From Chrysomallon squamiferum (Eukaryota > Animalia > Mollusca), in assembly GCA_012295275.1 (NCBI GenBank), contig CM022670.1:2542001-2606000 (forward strand): a stretch of 64,000 bases of DNA, given 5' to 3'. Below are positions 12,935 to 27,930 of the stretch, in pieces; position 1 is the first letter of the stretch; every line of letters starts with the position of its first letter. The notes under the pieces were generated by a model. That model was not told the origin of the DNA and did not search any database. It saw nothing but the letters and a program-made list of their open reading frames with translations. The position numbers were made by a program, and so were the translations under genes.

Positions 12935-14630
12935 GAAAGAGAACACAACATAAAATATACATATACAGAAAAGAAAATTAAATACACAGAAAAAATTAAA
13001 ACAACAAATATATTTATAAATACATACACATATACACATATACATACATTTAAATATACTGAGAAGAAAATAGTACACATGTAGAGAAAAAGGAATGAAG
13101 CACAAAATCTATACAGTGGAAAAAAAATTAAAAACAAAATATATCAATACAGAGAACCAAAATATCAACAAATTTTATATTTATGAATATTTACACCTAT
13201 TCAAGGACAAACTTATACTTGTAGTGTATCTTGTGGTTTTACTATATGTCACTAGACATGGCTCAGGTTAACACCTGTTTCTCAGTGTATTACCTGTACA
13301 ACAAAACACCACCAGAAAGGTGACAGACATTATGAGAACTTTTCCAGCCTAGATACAATTATTTTAATATCACAAACAAGGGACATTAACTTTCAAAATC
13401 ACTTCAGGTACACCACACATAAAATATTAACCTGCATCACTGCTTTAATTCTTCATGTAACTGATGCAGTAAATCAGAAAAATGCTGGCAAACATAAAAT
13501 ATTAGTAATTTAACTAGAGCCATAAAAAACACACCGGTTTTTCTTCCATGACGCTAAATATAAAAAGATTCATTAAAAGTGAAATGAAACAAAAGACTTT
13601 AAAACTTCATAAATATTTATTACCTAACATTTATCACTGTCTCACTTGACTGGGTTTTAGTTAAAGTCTAAAAGGGGAAAAAAAAAAAAAAAATGGCTAT
13701 TGTTTCAAATTAGCTTATCAATTTCTTCTTCTTTTTTTTTTTTTTTTTTTTTTCTATTTTTAAAACAAAAAGCAGTAAATATTGCAGTGATTTGAAAAGC
13801 TGATTGTTTCAAGTCCAATACTAATGAAGTTTTATACTTATTTCAAGTAAGTTGAAAAGTTAAGTTAGTTTTAGTTAGAACGTATGTTTCAAGGTAATGT
13901 TATTCTGGCAGTTTCACCATTTTATGCTGACAGCACATCAATATGGTGGATTTCATTTAATTTTTATGTCTGCTCATTTATTTTGAGGGGGGAAGATTTG
14001 CAATACATATATTTTATAGATTTATTTTCTGATGGTTTTATAAAAATTATTGTATCCTTTCTTGGTTTTGAATATCATGCATATACAACACACTTAATAA
14101 TAAACACACACACACACACAATACACAGAAACTTGGGATTCTAAGTGTTACATTTTCAAGAAACTCATTTTCCAAAACTGATATACTTTTAATTATGCAA
14201 CTGATAGTTAATCTCCAGAATAAGAATTAAAGCAAAAGAGAAATATGTGTGTATCTATCTATATGTATGTATGTATACGTACATATATCTAACCCTGTAT
14301 CTATATTAAAAAAATACTTATATATCAGATGATGGGTACGAAATTTTAACACCTGCAGAATGAAGGCAATCAGGAATTTAGGGACTTGAAAGAAAAAAAC
14401 GTTTATTAGAAGAACACTCCCCAATGATTAACAAAATATTCCTCACAGCTACATGCATGTACAACTTTGATGTCCTTCATCAAATAGAAGAAAAAAAAGA
14501 TGAGCAAAATGAAGTTTGTGTGTTCACTAGGCTTGCTTTGATCTCCACATACAATTCCTAGAAATGATAACACAACTCAGTAGGCAAAGCCATCAAGATT
14601 ATGAAATAGAAAATGAGTTAGACTAACATC

Positions 14631-14781
<151 letters not shown>

Positions 14782-15706
14782 GTTCACTGTATTCAAAAAT
14801 GCATTAAAATACCTAAAAAGCTAAGTTAAATTAAAATTTAGAAATAACTGTACTTATGTATGTTTTGTGTTTGTTTACTGCTACATAAGAGGCCTTGTTA
14901 AAATACACAGAAATCAGTTAAAAAGAAACCCAACTTAAATTACTTTCAGAAACAACCATGTGGGCATGAGTCTGCTTGTGTAAGTCAGCTGCATTTAAAA
15001 AATGCCTTTCTTCATGTATACAATACGACAAAACCATCAACATTATGAAACTGGATTCCAAGGCAAATTTACAAACAACAAGAAACATAATTCCAACACA
15101 TTTAAAAAAATCCATATTGAAATATGTATTCATGCTAAACCAACAATGTTATGATCGAGAGGTTCAGGTTTAAATTCACATTTACAAATAAGTATAATAA
15201 AATATGTATACATACTGACATTCGTCTGAAAGGCTATTTAAAATACTGGAGTATTATGAAAAGGTGCTTTGAATAGGTAAGTTAAAAATATAGTGAGGAC
15301 TATTGTGCTTGCCATTTATGAAGTTGAGTATATTTAATAAAACTTAAACATGCATCTGCATGTTGTATACATTGTAACTTAATATTATATTTCAAACAGT
15401 TATATATATATATATATATATTCATACACTGACATATACAGGCACACACACATACATGTAGATATACATGCAGATTCAGAATAGTTGACATGTCTACTTT
15501 TATAATGAACACAGAAGATTCAAACACACTCAGTACTTTATCACAAATAATGTCTATATCTCACAAAATAGGTTTTCATATATGTATCAATAGAAATAAT
15601 AATAATAATATGAAGAAAAACAGGAAATAATATGTAATAAAAAATGAATAGCAAAAAAAAAAAAAAATAATAATTAAAAAATAAAATATTAATATTAAAC
15701 AAATAA

Positions 15707-15759
<53 letters not shown>

Positions 15760-17347
15760 TAAGAACAACAATAACAATAACACAAACAAAAATAAATAAG
15801 CTTAACAAAAAATTCTGTCACAAAACTCCTCAAAACAGAACTGTTACTAATTATGTGAATTCTAAATATTTCATTCTAAGTTTTGATACTGTGAACCACA
15901 CACACAGATAGAGAGCCTATTTCTACAAGACCGTAATTTCAGAAAGTCAAACTGCTGAATCCCAACTGTAATTACATTTGTAAAGCTGAGTGATTTTATT
16001 TCAGCAGAAAATTTATTTAATTTCAGAACAGTCAATTATGTTTAGTAATTTATGATAATTTAGTGTAAGGCCAATATTTTCCATTTAAGATCATGTTTCT
16101 TCACTCTAATTTTCTTGTTTTGATAAAATATCACATAGCCACTGAATCAATCTATTTTAAGAATATAAAAAAGAAGAAAAGAAATTGTTTTATATTAGAA
16201 TGGCCAGTTGGTAATGATTTTTCTATTTTAACCTTGTGTTTTTTCCCCTGACTGTTACACGTGTATTTAAATTTATATCTTTTAAAATGTCTTTCAAATG
16301 TGCTAGCCTGCATTATATACTTGCTCTGAAATCAATTAATCATACGATTTACGTGAAATCCATATTTAATACAAACAAAATAAATGTATTCTGTTAACAA
16401 GATGAGAAAAAAGATAAAATAAACATATACATGAAAAAAGAAAAGAAACTGTATTCAAAATTCTTGGTGACAAAAGCAAACAAAAAGTTTATTATTGTAG
16501 GGTTGTCGTTTTTTTTTTTAATTAATATATTTAATTAAAGAGGGTTTGTTGTAATTATTATTGATATAATTCTATTTATTTCTTTATTCATTATAGTTTT
16601 ATTTTTTTTAATTTTTTTTAGATGGGGATGTGTAGTGAGAGGTACAGATTTAAGATTCAAAACTAAAACTTTTACTGTTTTATCAACAACATAAAACTTT
16701 CTTTTTTTTACTTAAGAAAAATTAGAAATAATAAAATAAAACTATGTGTGGGCCATGATTTACAAACATATCTAGTTCCACAGTCTTTTTTCTATTGATT
16801 TTATTCAGGTGCAGATCCATTCATTCAGAAAGGATGTGGACAAACTTTGTGAGGGGAGGTTAATTATTAAAAAAATAGAAAAGTTACAAACAAATTCTTG
16901 GAAGATGAGTTTGAATAAAACATAATCAAATCTTTGCATTCAAACATAATAAAAAAAATTATTTCATCTGAACTCAAAAAGAACATCCAAATATTAATAA
17001 CCCAAACAAAGAAAAATTTGAAGGATTATTTTCATTTAATTAATATTATTTGTATAAAAAAAAAAAAATTAAAAAAATAAAGATTTTTGAAGGGTCATAA
17101 TATTTGGATTTTATTTCCTTTGAAAGTTGGAGTCTTATTGTATTTTATCACTGAATTATCAAATTTTTCATGCACACACTAAATTTTCTGTATATTCTTT
17201 CTTTTATCCATAAAAATCCAACCATTTGCTGTTATTTAGAAAATAAAAATCACTGATACATGCTAACATGCGAAGCAAACAAACACAGAAATAAACAATC
17301 AGACAACAGTAATAATTAAAACAATGAATACTCAATGATTCTGTTAC

Positions 17348-17540
17348 CTTGGCGACATCAGATCTGATTCTGAACTGGATCGTTCTTTAATAACTGATCC
17401 ATCTGGTCGTAATCCAAGATGGTGTGCCATTGCCATGGTGACTGGGGGTGACATCATGGGGTGGGTGAGAGGCATGAAAGGGAGGTGACTCATGGCGTAG
17501 GGGTGGGGTGGAAATCCATTCAGAAGAGACTTTCTGTCAC
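17348..17540 (-). CDS. dac: Dachshund homolog, internal exon B
   Basis: Acceptor tattttccag|, donor AG|gtaaca, 193 nt, phase 1 to 2, in frame with exon A. Encodes (G)DRKSLLNGFPPHPYAMSHLPFMPLTHPMMSPPVTMAMAHHLGLRPDGSVIKERSSSESDLMSP(R). Resembles the LPFMMMPHP..PPASVTMAM and SVIKER motifs I recall from vertebrate DACH1. Confidence 0.92.
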
Positions 17541-18889
17541 CTGGAAAATATGAAAGGCCTACACCTTCTTTATAAATTATCTGAAAACTGCTGATTAGGT
17601 AAGGAAACATTAAACACAGAAATTAAATGAAAGGTTTTGGTATCAATTTCTAAAAACTTACGTCAATGTTTAAAACAAAAATCTATATCTATTTATACAT
17701 ACATATATACATACATGAATGTGTGTGTGTGTGTGTGTTTATACAAGATAATGTAACTTTCAAAAATTATTTTATATAGGTATCCAATTCAGCTAAAATG
17801 TAAAAACAAAATCTCTAATTCAATAACAATACTCATTTTTCAAAACGTCTGTTTGAAATTTAATATTTTTATTAACTACAGCAACTTGTGTACAAGGAAG
17901 TTTTATTTATTTCTGATGGAATATCTATATTCTGCTCCATGCGATCCTTCAAAGTCTGAATATCAATCACTTTAATTCTGTTTCTTATACATTCTCTCTG
18001 CTTTGATCTTATTTATAAATTTGCTATTATGATTATTTACTATTTTATTTTAAAATTATTAATTTACTTTTTTAATGAAAATAAAAGATTTTTTCTATTT
18101 CAAGCCCACCAGTATCAATAAATAAATAAATATAATAATTCTCTTAAAAAAAAAAAAAAAAAAATGTATATATATATATATATATAAATTAAATGAAAGT
18201 CAACTATATTTTGTAAGATGAAAAAAAAAGCTAGATGTTTAAATCTGTTTTATTTTTTTTATATATAATGTAAATTAAATCTTACAAATTACTGCTCAGT
18301 GTACATAATTCTTTTCTCGTTTTTTAAAATAAAATAAGTTATAAATATTTAAAAATATGTTTAACATTTATTTTATTTTAAAAAAGTATTTTTACTTCTA
18401 GTTTGAGTGCTAATGAAATATTTGAAATATTTTTAAGTTTGGTATTATTATATATTATAAAATAAAAAGAAGAAGAAGAAAATTTTGTAAAATTATATCA
18501 GACTAAGCAAATAGGTACAAACAATATAAACATTCCAGAAATTATTATTACTTTATACTTTTATCAACAAAACTATTTCCTTTTTTTCTTTTTCTTTTTT
18601 AAGTCTTAAAAAAAAAGACAGAAAAAAAAAGCTTTTGTAATGTGTATTTAATAATAAATCAAGGTTAATATTAAATTTCTCTTAATCTTAATTCCCCATG
18701 CTGCAGAAAAATCAAATTAAGATAGAATGCAGGTAATCTATGGCATGTTTCCAGTGATGAATTGTTCCAGAATAATTGCTTTTAATTTTACCAGAAACAT
18801 TTGTCCAAGCATTTTTGTTTATTCAGTAACAATAACTAATACCCCCTTGTTTTTTTAACATTAGGTAAGTGTATCTTTCATGGTTATAA

Positions 18890-19322
18890 ATGACGGCAAG
18901 ACGCAATGTTTATTTTCTAATTATATGACAAAACATAATCAGCTTTTGCCAATAACAGTAATAATTAACAGTTTAAATTCTTCTTTTCTGAATATATGGT
19001 TGAATCATACATTTCTTATACATTAGAACCCAACATGTTCAATGTCCTTAGTTTGCTGAATCCAACGAAGGCAAGATACAATCTGTATTTCCTAATTACA
19101 TTACAAACAACCTCCAGATTTAAGCCATTGGTAATAGTCATTTATACTTACACACACACACACAAAAATAATATTTATGTATACTGTTCTAAAATATCTG
19201 TTACAGACACATGAAGACTAATTTCGATCCAGTGTGGGCAAGATACAGTCTATTCTTTGTAATTATATTACAAACGGAAACACTGGCTTTAGTCAATAAT
19301 AACAGTAATAATAATTAACACC
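18890..19322. repeat. Old three-copy tandem repeat, period about 170 bp
   Basis: GGCAAGAYRCA.T.T.T....TAATTAYAT.ACAAA at 18895, 19070 and 19237. Confidence 0.75.
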
Positions 19323-21081
19323 CTAATAAACCTGTTTGTCTGTTTATGAGACAACACACACAGCTGTCAGATAAGGACATTGATTTTCTGATGTAGTCAC
19401 TGCTTGGCCAAACAATACTTGTACTTAACTGATAAACACTTTAATACCATAGGTAACAAATGCTTAGCTTCTGCTTTAGATTCAAAGCTATTTCTCTGGG
19501 TTTTTAAAAATATTATGGATAAATATGTGGTGGTGGTGATGATGATAATGATGATTGGGATGGTAACAGTAGCAGCAGTTGCAGTAGTGGTATTAGTAGT
19601 ACCAATAATTGTCATCATCTTTATCATCATTTTCTGATGATCAATTCTACTGCTACTATTACTATTTTAAATATGACTTACGTCTGCTACTACCAACTGT
19701 AATAATGTTAGAAAAAAGAAAAAAAAAAAACTCTCAGAAGATTATTAATTTTACAATTTCAAGGTAATATAACAAACAATAATTGATTAACCAGATTATA
19801 AAGTAACAGCAGAGAACAGCTTGAAAATCAGTTTACATCTTTGATGAAAAATATCAGCTGACATTTGACACACAAGCTTTAATTTTAATAGATTCATGAT
19901 ACCACATAATTTTATAAATTTAATGCCAAAAAACTGTTGCAATTTCAAAAATTGTACAGAAATGCTAATTTATTAATAAAAACTGTCAAATTTAAAAATA
20001 ACAGCCCATAGACCAATTCCACATTAACCTGAACTAATTTAAATATTTATATAATATTTTATTGAAACGTATAAAATATACGTCTCCAAAATTATCTCTG
20101 TACTGTTTAATGAACTGAAAAATCGGTGATGCTTTAAAAATATTTCTTTGTCACAACTATTTTTGAATAAAAAAAATATATATATAAAAAAATGGAAAGG
20201 AAAGAAGATGACATTTCAGTATAATATTCACCTGTCTATCTTATTGTTATTTGTCACAGAGGCAACACAATATGCCACAGCATCTTGGAAGAAACAGGTA
20301 AAAATAAACATGCTTCAATTTCACAATTTCTCGCAACATAAAAGACACTTATTTATTGTCCAAATAATGGCAGCTAGGATAAGTGACAAAAGGAAAAATA
20401 TGTTCTTTGGATGTGATACACACACACATACACAGACAGACACACACACACACAAAACCCAAACAACACTGAATATCTTAAAATAATATTTGTGCTGTAG
20501 GTGAAAACTGAAAACAGATATGTGTGCCTTCGTGTTAAAACTGGTCTGTTTAACAACTCAATGCTACATCTGCGAATGTGCAGGTATACAATACTGAGAT
20601 ATATGACACGGCCATGATGATATTGGATATATCTGTACTTGTCTTTATCCACATACACAGCAGAACTCAACAAACAGTTTATACCGAGTAAGAAATATTT
20701 AATAGTCAATATTTTTTGTCATCCCAGATAGCTGTCATAAATTTTGTCCCCACCCAAAACCTTTTTTCTTTTCTTTTTCAAATCATTTTCTTATGTTTAC
20801 CACGACAGATAAATCACGTTATGTTCATTTCTGTTTAAATTAGGTTAGGTTATGCAAAGCACCAATCTCCAAGAGAACAATTATTGTGAGCAGATAATTA
20901 TTTTTCTTGTAACGTATCTCACTAAATTTAGGTTGTAACTATAATGGAATATTGAAAAATGTCAGAATGAAAAATATGTTGTTTGCTTGATGCACCCTTC
21001 CCAGTGTTTAATGTTGTATTTGTTAAATAGTTTTATTATTTTTAGAAGAGATAAACATACTGGTTAATGTTTAAAAAACAA

Positions 21082-21340
21082 AAATGATACCCACGTATGT
21101 GGAATTTAGAAACAAAAATAATGAGAGTACGTGTTGATAAAAATAATAAATATTTAAGTAAATTGGCAAAAGTAATAAATATAACAATAATAAGATTCAA
21201 AAAAAAGTAAAAAGTAAGGAAAAAAAAAGTGAAAACGATATTGACATATGTGGAATTTAAAAAAAATAATAATTGGAGTGACTGTTGATGAAAGGATAAA
21301 TATTTAAGGCAATAACTAAAGGTAATAAAAATAATAATTA
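21082..21340. repeat. Local tandem duplication, period about 151 bp
   Basis: TATGTGGAATTTA...GAGT..TGTTGAT...ATAAATATTTAAG occurs at about 21096 and 21247. Confidence 0.8.
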
Positions 21341-24300
21341 ATTAATTTAAAAAAAATAAAAAAAAAAAATAAAAAATAAAATAAATTTAAAAAGGTCTTA
21401 AAACAGTAAAAGATCAAAATATCATACAGAAAAAATAAAAAACATAATTTAATCAATTATTAAAACACACACAAAAACACACACACACAAACAAACATAA
21501 AACAACAACAAACAAACAAACAAAAAAAAACAGAAAAACAAAACTAATAATTAAAAAACCTTTGTTTTGACTAAATGCAAACGAATGCTTGAATACAAAA
21601 GTATCATAAAAGGCTTGATACTTCTCATGAAAGATTTTACCCCCTTTTCTCTCCAACAAACCCTCCCAAAAAACAAAGAAAAAGAATAAATTTACTTCCC
21701 AATTAAATTACAGCCATAATAAAGCACAAAGAAAACTGCCAGCAAGCTTGATAACTTTGCATTTTTCCTTTAACAGGTGATGTTGACATCTTACGTTACA
21801 TAAAAAACACAGGGTTTTCAGGTGTAACAATACAGGTGTGTTGTCTATTGTTTTGTGGTTAAAAATTATATGACTACAGAAATAATCAATGCCACACAAT
21901 TGTTTTTTTCACCTGTTGTGTTGACGGGCTATGACATGTTGCTTGTTATGGCTTTTAGGAAAGTATGAGTTAAATTCCTATAAAAAAAGAAGAAAAAGAA
22001 AAAGACTACGAAAGAGTCCTGAGATGAAGCATCTGTTATAGGACTCTTAAATATTAATAAGTATTCATAAAAATAGTTTTCTTGAAAAAATAAATTAAAA
22101 AATTTAAAAATTTATATAAAAAAAAAACTTTTACAAAATTTTAAATTAAATTTAACATAATAACAAAGAAATGCATTTATCTTTCTTTCCTTGTTTAACA
22201 AGAAAATGTTTTTAAAAAACTGATAAGAAATGTTTCATTTTTATTACTTTTTGTCAGGTTGAAATAATTATTTAAAAAAACAAAAAAAAAAGTAACTTTT
22301 ATAAAGGTGTTACAAATGAATTACAAAATAACAAAACAATTTTGGTGGCTCCTTGCAGGAAAAAGGAAGGAAAATACACACAACTGGCAACAATGGAGTC
22401 TTTATCTCTGACAATAAGCATGAGTTCTATTGATTTAACACAACAAATAAATCATAATCATTACAAAGCCGAAGCACTGAGAAACACAAATAGCTGCAGC
22501 CTTGGAGCAACCTTTTAGCATTATCTTATTTTCCTCTCTAATTCCACCATTCATACTGGAATGAGAAAACAAGAAATAATTGATGCATTTATGCAGTAAT
22601 ATTGGCTGTACTTCCCACTTCTCCTGTGTGTGCCATGATTTTCAATTCTCTTTCCTTACACCTGGGATTTCATTACTGCGAGCACTTCAAAGGCTCAGAT
22701 ACAAAAGATTTTTTTTAAATGTATATAATTATTATATGTACATTTTTAAAAATCCATTTTTACTTTTATGGTTTTAAATTTCTATTCATTTTTTTTGCAG
22801 TTGTTAATAATTACAAATGAAGAATGAAGAATAGAAAAGAATAAAATGAAAATTTGGAGATTAATGTCTAATAACAATGTCATTATTGAAATGAATTAAT
22901 AACAGAATAGAAATTTACTACTAAGAATAAAATAAAAAGATAAGCAAAGTAGTGACTATTAGCATATGTTATGTATTAGTATGATGCATATGTTAAGTCC
23001 TTTTATACATGCAGATATGTGTAATGCAAAATATATCTTAAATGCTGCCTTGTTTTTAAACGAACTTCTTTGCATTTATCAGAATTATTTATTTTATATA
23101 ATTTATAATTTACTTAATTTTGATATATTCTCTTTTTCACATAATTTTTACTTATTTTCTAATAATCTGAATTATTTTATTTTTTTATATTAAATTTTGA
23201 CAAATTACCGATTTTACTCAATTTTACGATTTATTTATTTGATCTAATTTTGACTTATTTAGTTCAACTGATTAAATCCTATGTGTTGCTATGCAGGAAC
23301 CTTAAAAGGGCTTCATTAACATGATTTGAAGAAAGGTTTTTTTAATCTTTCAGGTGACAGTGTTCATTGACTGGAGAGGAAAATCTTATTCAGGCAGAAT
23401 CGTGAGTTATTGTCTTAGAAGTATGAAAGATCAACTGCTTATAAATTTTAAAAAAATAAAATAAAATAAAAAATAAAAATCAATTAAAAAAATAAAATAA
23501 AATAAAGAAAAAATAAAATGAACTGCCATGATCCTGTACATCAATCTCTATTTCTTTACAAAGCATCTGGTTGAGTTTCTTTCTGTCATTGGTACTGATG
23601 GTATTAACTTTCCATTTGATGAACTGCATGTAATCTGCTTGATGAGACAAAGTTTGACAAATTCATGGACGTTTGCAACTGTACCAATCATTGTGTGGCA
23701 CTTATTGAATTTTTCCTCTCCTCAAGAGCACTCCGAACTGTCTTAAAGAAAGCTTTTGTTTGGGTTTTACAATCGTATTGTGCTTGAAGAAAATTGCAGA
23801 TTGTCAAGGCCCTGCATTGATCAGAAACAGAAAACTCCGTTTCCTCTCTCAGTGCTAGGAAAACCAACAGGCCAAGAAAAAAGAAGCCCTACAAACCACC
23901 TTAGAGACCATTATCATCTTCCTGTTATGATCACTACAAACGGCAAGAAATGCTTTATGCGAGACAAGAGAAATAGATGTTGAACAATCAACACGTATTT
24001 GGTTTCATTTCAACTGGATTGCAATAGAAAGACGAGGAAGATTTCTCGTCGAAACAAAAGCTGTGTTTTATCAAGAATGACTGCACGCTATTTAAATCTT
24101 ATTTAGCATTGCCTGGGTAAACACTCCAAATGGAAACATGAAATTTTACTTGATGGGCAAGATGCGAAGAAAAGGAAATTGTGTCCAACTCCGAACACAA
24201 ATCTCTTCAGTCGTCTTGGCATTTCCTTGGCTTAGGGCAAAGTCATTGAGTGAAATAATTTCTCAGGTATTAATAAAAATGAAAGAAGTAATGAACAATG

Positions 24301-24964
24301 TAAGTCAGAATAAAAAAAAAGAAGTTTCAAAACAAAAGCAATGAAAATATCATTCAGGTGTGTCTGAGAAGTAACATTATTCTTTGTTTACTTAATACCT
24401 GTTTCAAAAATGGCTTTGTTTTCTTTTCAATGCAAACTTTAACAGATCAATGGTTTCATTTAAAAGGAAATCTACTTCTTTATTTTCTCGACTAAGTGTA
24501 CATTTCTGACAATGGATCTGAGTATGTGATATTTACTTCCATTATGTTAACAACAGACTTCATTTAATATTACACTAAAAGCTATTGCAGTTGCCTTAAT
24601 GTGCTCTATCTTACGGTACAAATTAATTCAGAATAATTCATTTGTTTTTAACTTTTATAATAGTATTCTGTTGTAAATGTTAATCATTTAGTGGATTTGG
24701 TCAATAATTATTATTAAATATTATAAATAAAATTCACACACGTACAGCATTCATGCATCTTGAAGACAAACTGTAAGAATTATTTTAAAGACTTAATAGG
24801 AATCAAAATACAAGAAAGAAAACAAGTTTTTTTTTCTGCACAATATAATAATAATTTTTGAGTTTCTTTCTGAGAATGTCATGAAAATATGGATTCTTAA
24901 AGTACCAAAATCTGAAACTGATTTAAATTTCTGATCATGAATTTCATGAAAGTATGGCTCTTTC

Positions 24965-24997
<33 letters not shown>

Positions 24998-25124
24998 AAT
25001 CTTGAATTAATATAGACATTTTACTAACATCAGAATTAGTTTTTTTAATCATTTTAACTGTTTTGTTTCTCATTTTCCTGAAATTATAATTATTTTGTTG
25101 GCTCATTTCTTCTGAAGATCAATA

Positions 25125-25385
25125 TTTCTCGGTGATCCCATTAGCCTATTTCCAGTTCCAGTCAGTATTCTTTAACTGGTTTATCAAACCCAATCTATGT
25201 GTGTTTGTGGGAAGCTATGGTTAGTGTATTCCTTACTTTTAATCATGTGTTAATTTTCAGTTGATATTTTTCATCTCAATTTCTGTGTGGTCCTTAAACA
25301 TGTCCACATTGCTATATGATCATGTAACATAAATTATATGTGTGCAAATGCCTCTTTATTTAAAACAAAATAAATCTTTGTTTGT
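25125..25385 (+). mobile_element. Decayed SINE-like interspersed repeat (body and tail)
   Basis: CTATTTCCAGTTCCAGTCAG resembles CTGCTTTCTCGTTTATAGCCAG at about 27860, and AAGCTATGGT is shared with the reverse complement of about 1392-1403. It resembles a gastropod SINE as I recall it, which is unverified. Confidence 0.45.
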
Positions 25386-26743
25386 TATGATGGAAAAAAG
25401 ACAAAAACAGTATAAAACATGATTTTATTATGTAGAATTATTTCTGGGGTGGGTAATGTTACTGTTTGCTGTGGAAATTCTTTACTTTATTCCATTACAT
25501 TATGGCAATATAGAACCATTTTCTTCACCGATTATCTGGCCTTGTACACATATTTCATTTCTTTTTCTATACCACAGAAAGATAAAAGCTATTTAATAAC
25601 CCTTTTATTTCTCCTTTTCCATAATTATGCTTTGAACATTTAAAAAATGTAATTCGATTTCATTTAATACTTATAACCAGAGAAGGCTGGATTTGTTTTT
25701 GTGTTTTTTTGTTTGTTTTTTTTATTTTTTGTCTTTTTAATTTATTTATTAATTTTTTTTAAATATATGGTCCTACATTATTTTGTTTTTTTGGCAAATA
25801 AATTGGAATTATAAATATTTTATTCATAAAACAAAAAAGAGATCAAGTTAATTTAATACAGTTTTTGGATCAAAAGATTATAAATAAATGTTATGCTGTT
25901 TTAATGCCTTATATGTTCGTGTATGTGTGTGTGTGTGCATGCACTGGTACCTGTGTAAGCAAGTAATGCTTCATGGCTGTTTACATGTGTTTATATGTGT
26001 TTATGTGTGTTTATGTGAATCCAGTTGTGTATTTATATAACAAATTACTCACTGCATTTTAGGTCAAAAAAGCAATTTATGATTAAATGAATGACAAAAG
26101 TTACTAATTTGTTGTCCTTTTATTATTTTCTGATCGTATGTTTTTTAACCTAATACCTAAACCACACTTCCAGACAACACTGTTTTGTGTACAAAACAAA
26201 TAATTCTTTCCTAATTATCTAATTCAGAACTGAAAAATGTCCAAGTCTTGTTAATCAATGAACTGAAATTTTAATGGGATGTTCATATACAGACATTTAT
26301 AACATTAAACTAAAAAGATATATATATAAAATTTAAAAAATCTGTAATCTTTATAAAAATATATATTTTTTATTATTTAATATTTTATCTGAATGTGCAG
26401 AACAATAAAGGAAACACACAAATTGCAGACATGATGAAAGTGGTATTTCTGAAGATGGTGGGTGTTGTAATGTTAAGAGAAATATAAATGACAGAAATAG
26501 GGCTGTTGAGTGCAGGCTTAATTTTGATTAGTTTTTAAATATTAAATAATGATTAAACATAAAGAGCTGAACAAAATGGCTAATCAATTTTCTCTGGAAG
26601 AAATAAGGCAAATGTTTGAAAAGCAAATTGAAACAATTATAAATCAAACCAGTATTTATTCTGTTCTGATAAGGTAATTAGGCTACACACTTTTAAACTG
26701 TGTATAAATATTATGTATGAAGTATTTCACAACACTATTATCC

Positions 26744-26805
<62 letters not shown>

Positions 26806-26812
26806 CAATAAT
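26744..26812. repeat. (AAT)n microsatellite
   Basis: Directly visible. Similar tracts lie at about 15707, 30575, 31945, 32810, 37305, 39235 and 41587. Confidence 0.97.
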
Positions 26813-27789
26813 GTAAAATAAAAAATTAAAATTTTATGGTCTCAAAATTTAAAATTCAGATAATCTATTCTTAATATAAGCAATAGATGACTGAATGAAA
26901 AGAAGAAAAAATTAGTGTTTTCTTTTAATTTCAAACAATTGAGATTCTTAAAAGAAGAAATAGAATAATCATTTTGTTATTCTTAGAATTTCAAATGTTA
27001 ACCACTTGTTCTTAAGATAAGTAAATAAAAACGTGCATTTTCAAGTGATCTAAATTCTTTAGACAAGCGTATTTAATTTACACACATCATCAAAAACCTC
27101 ACTGCTGTCAATTTTCTCTTCCTCGTGGATTACTGACTTATATAAATCATCACCCGATTTTTTTATTTTTTTTTTTTTTTTTTATTGAATGTGTTCATTA
27201 CATCGCCAGCCATTTCGTGATGAATGGCAACGTGAAATGGAGGCGTCCTAACTGATGGACTGAAATACAATATTATTTGTTTCATTCTCGACATGGGCTG
27301 ACATTTTACAGTTGCTTTTAGCGACAAATACACCGAGCCGGAAAAAGGAAACAGTCTTGTGTGCTGTGTGTGGTGAGTGCTTCGAAACACAATACACAAA
27401 CCTATCTCAACGACTTCTCCAACAGTCGCTCCTCGCGCTCACCAGAAATTCATCACTCAAATCAAACTGGCACAAGATGAAATGTAAGCATGTGCCGTTA
27501 TTTGTGAAATGGACATGTATTCAATGGGCTTTGTTTTCGGCAACAATCTGCTTTTCTGAAATCATAATTATCATCCATTTATGGACAGGGCATTATGGAT
27601 CTCTTCCTGTGAAATGACAAATGACCAAATCCAAATGGCTCGGAAATCTCAGCTGATGATTGATTGATTTGCAGATATTGTAAAACTGTGGTCGGAGTAG
27701 AAATGAATGCTACATCTGATGTAAAGATTACTGCTTCAGGTACAAAGATTGGCAGAGAAGGAAACAGACTTGATTAGCCTCTTTTTCAC

Positions 27790-27930
27790 TAATGGGACTG
27801 GGCTATAAAACTTGGTGGTGCAGAGTTCACCTGGGTCATAGGATCTAGCCTTCTCAGAGCTGCTTTCTCGTTTATAGCCAGCACAGTTTGATTACACAAC
27901 GTATATGACATGATATCTTTTCCCAAACAC
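27790..27930 (+). mobile_element. Possible decayed SINE fragment
   Basis: GGTCATAGGATCTAGCC (B-box-like) is followed by GCTGCTTTCTCGTTTATAGCCAGCAC, similar to the 25.1-kb copy. Confidence 0.3.
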
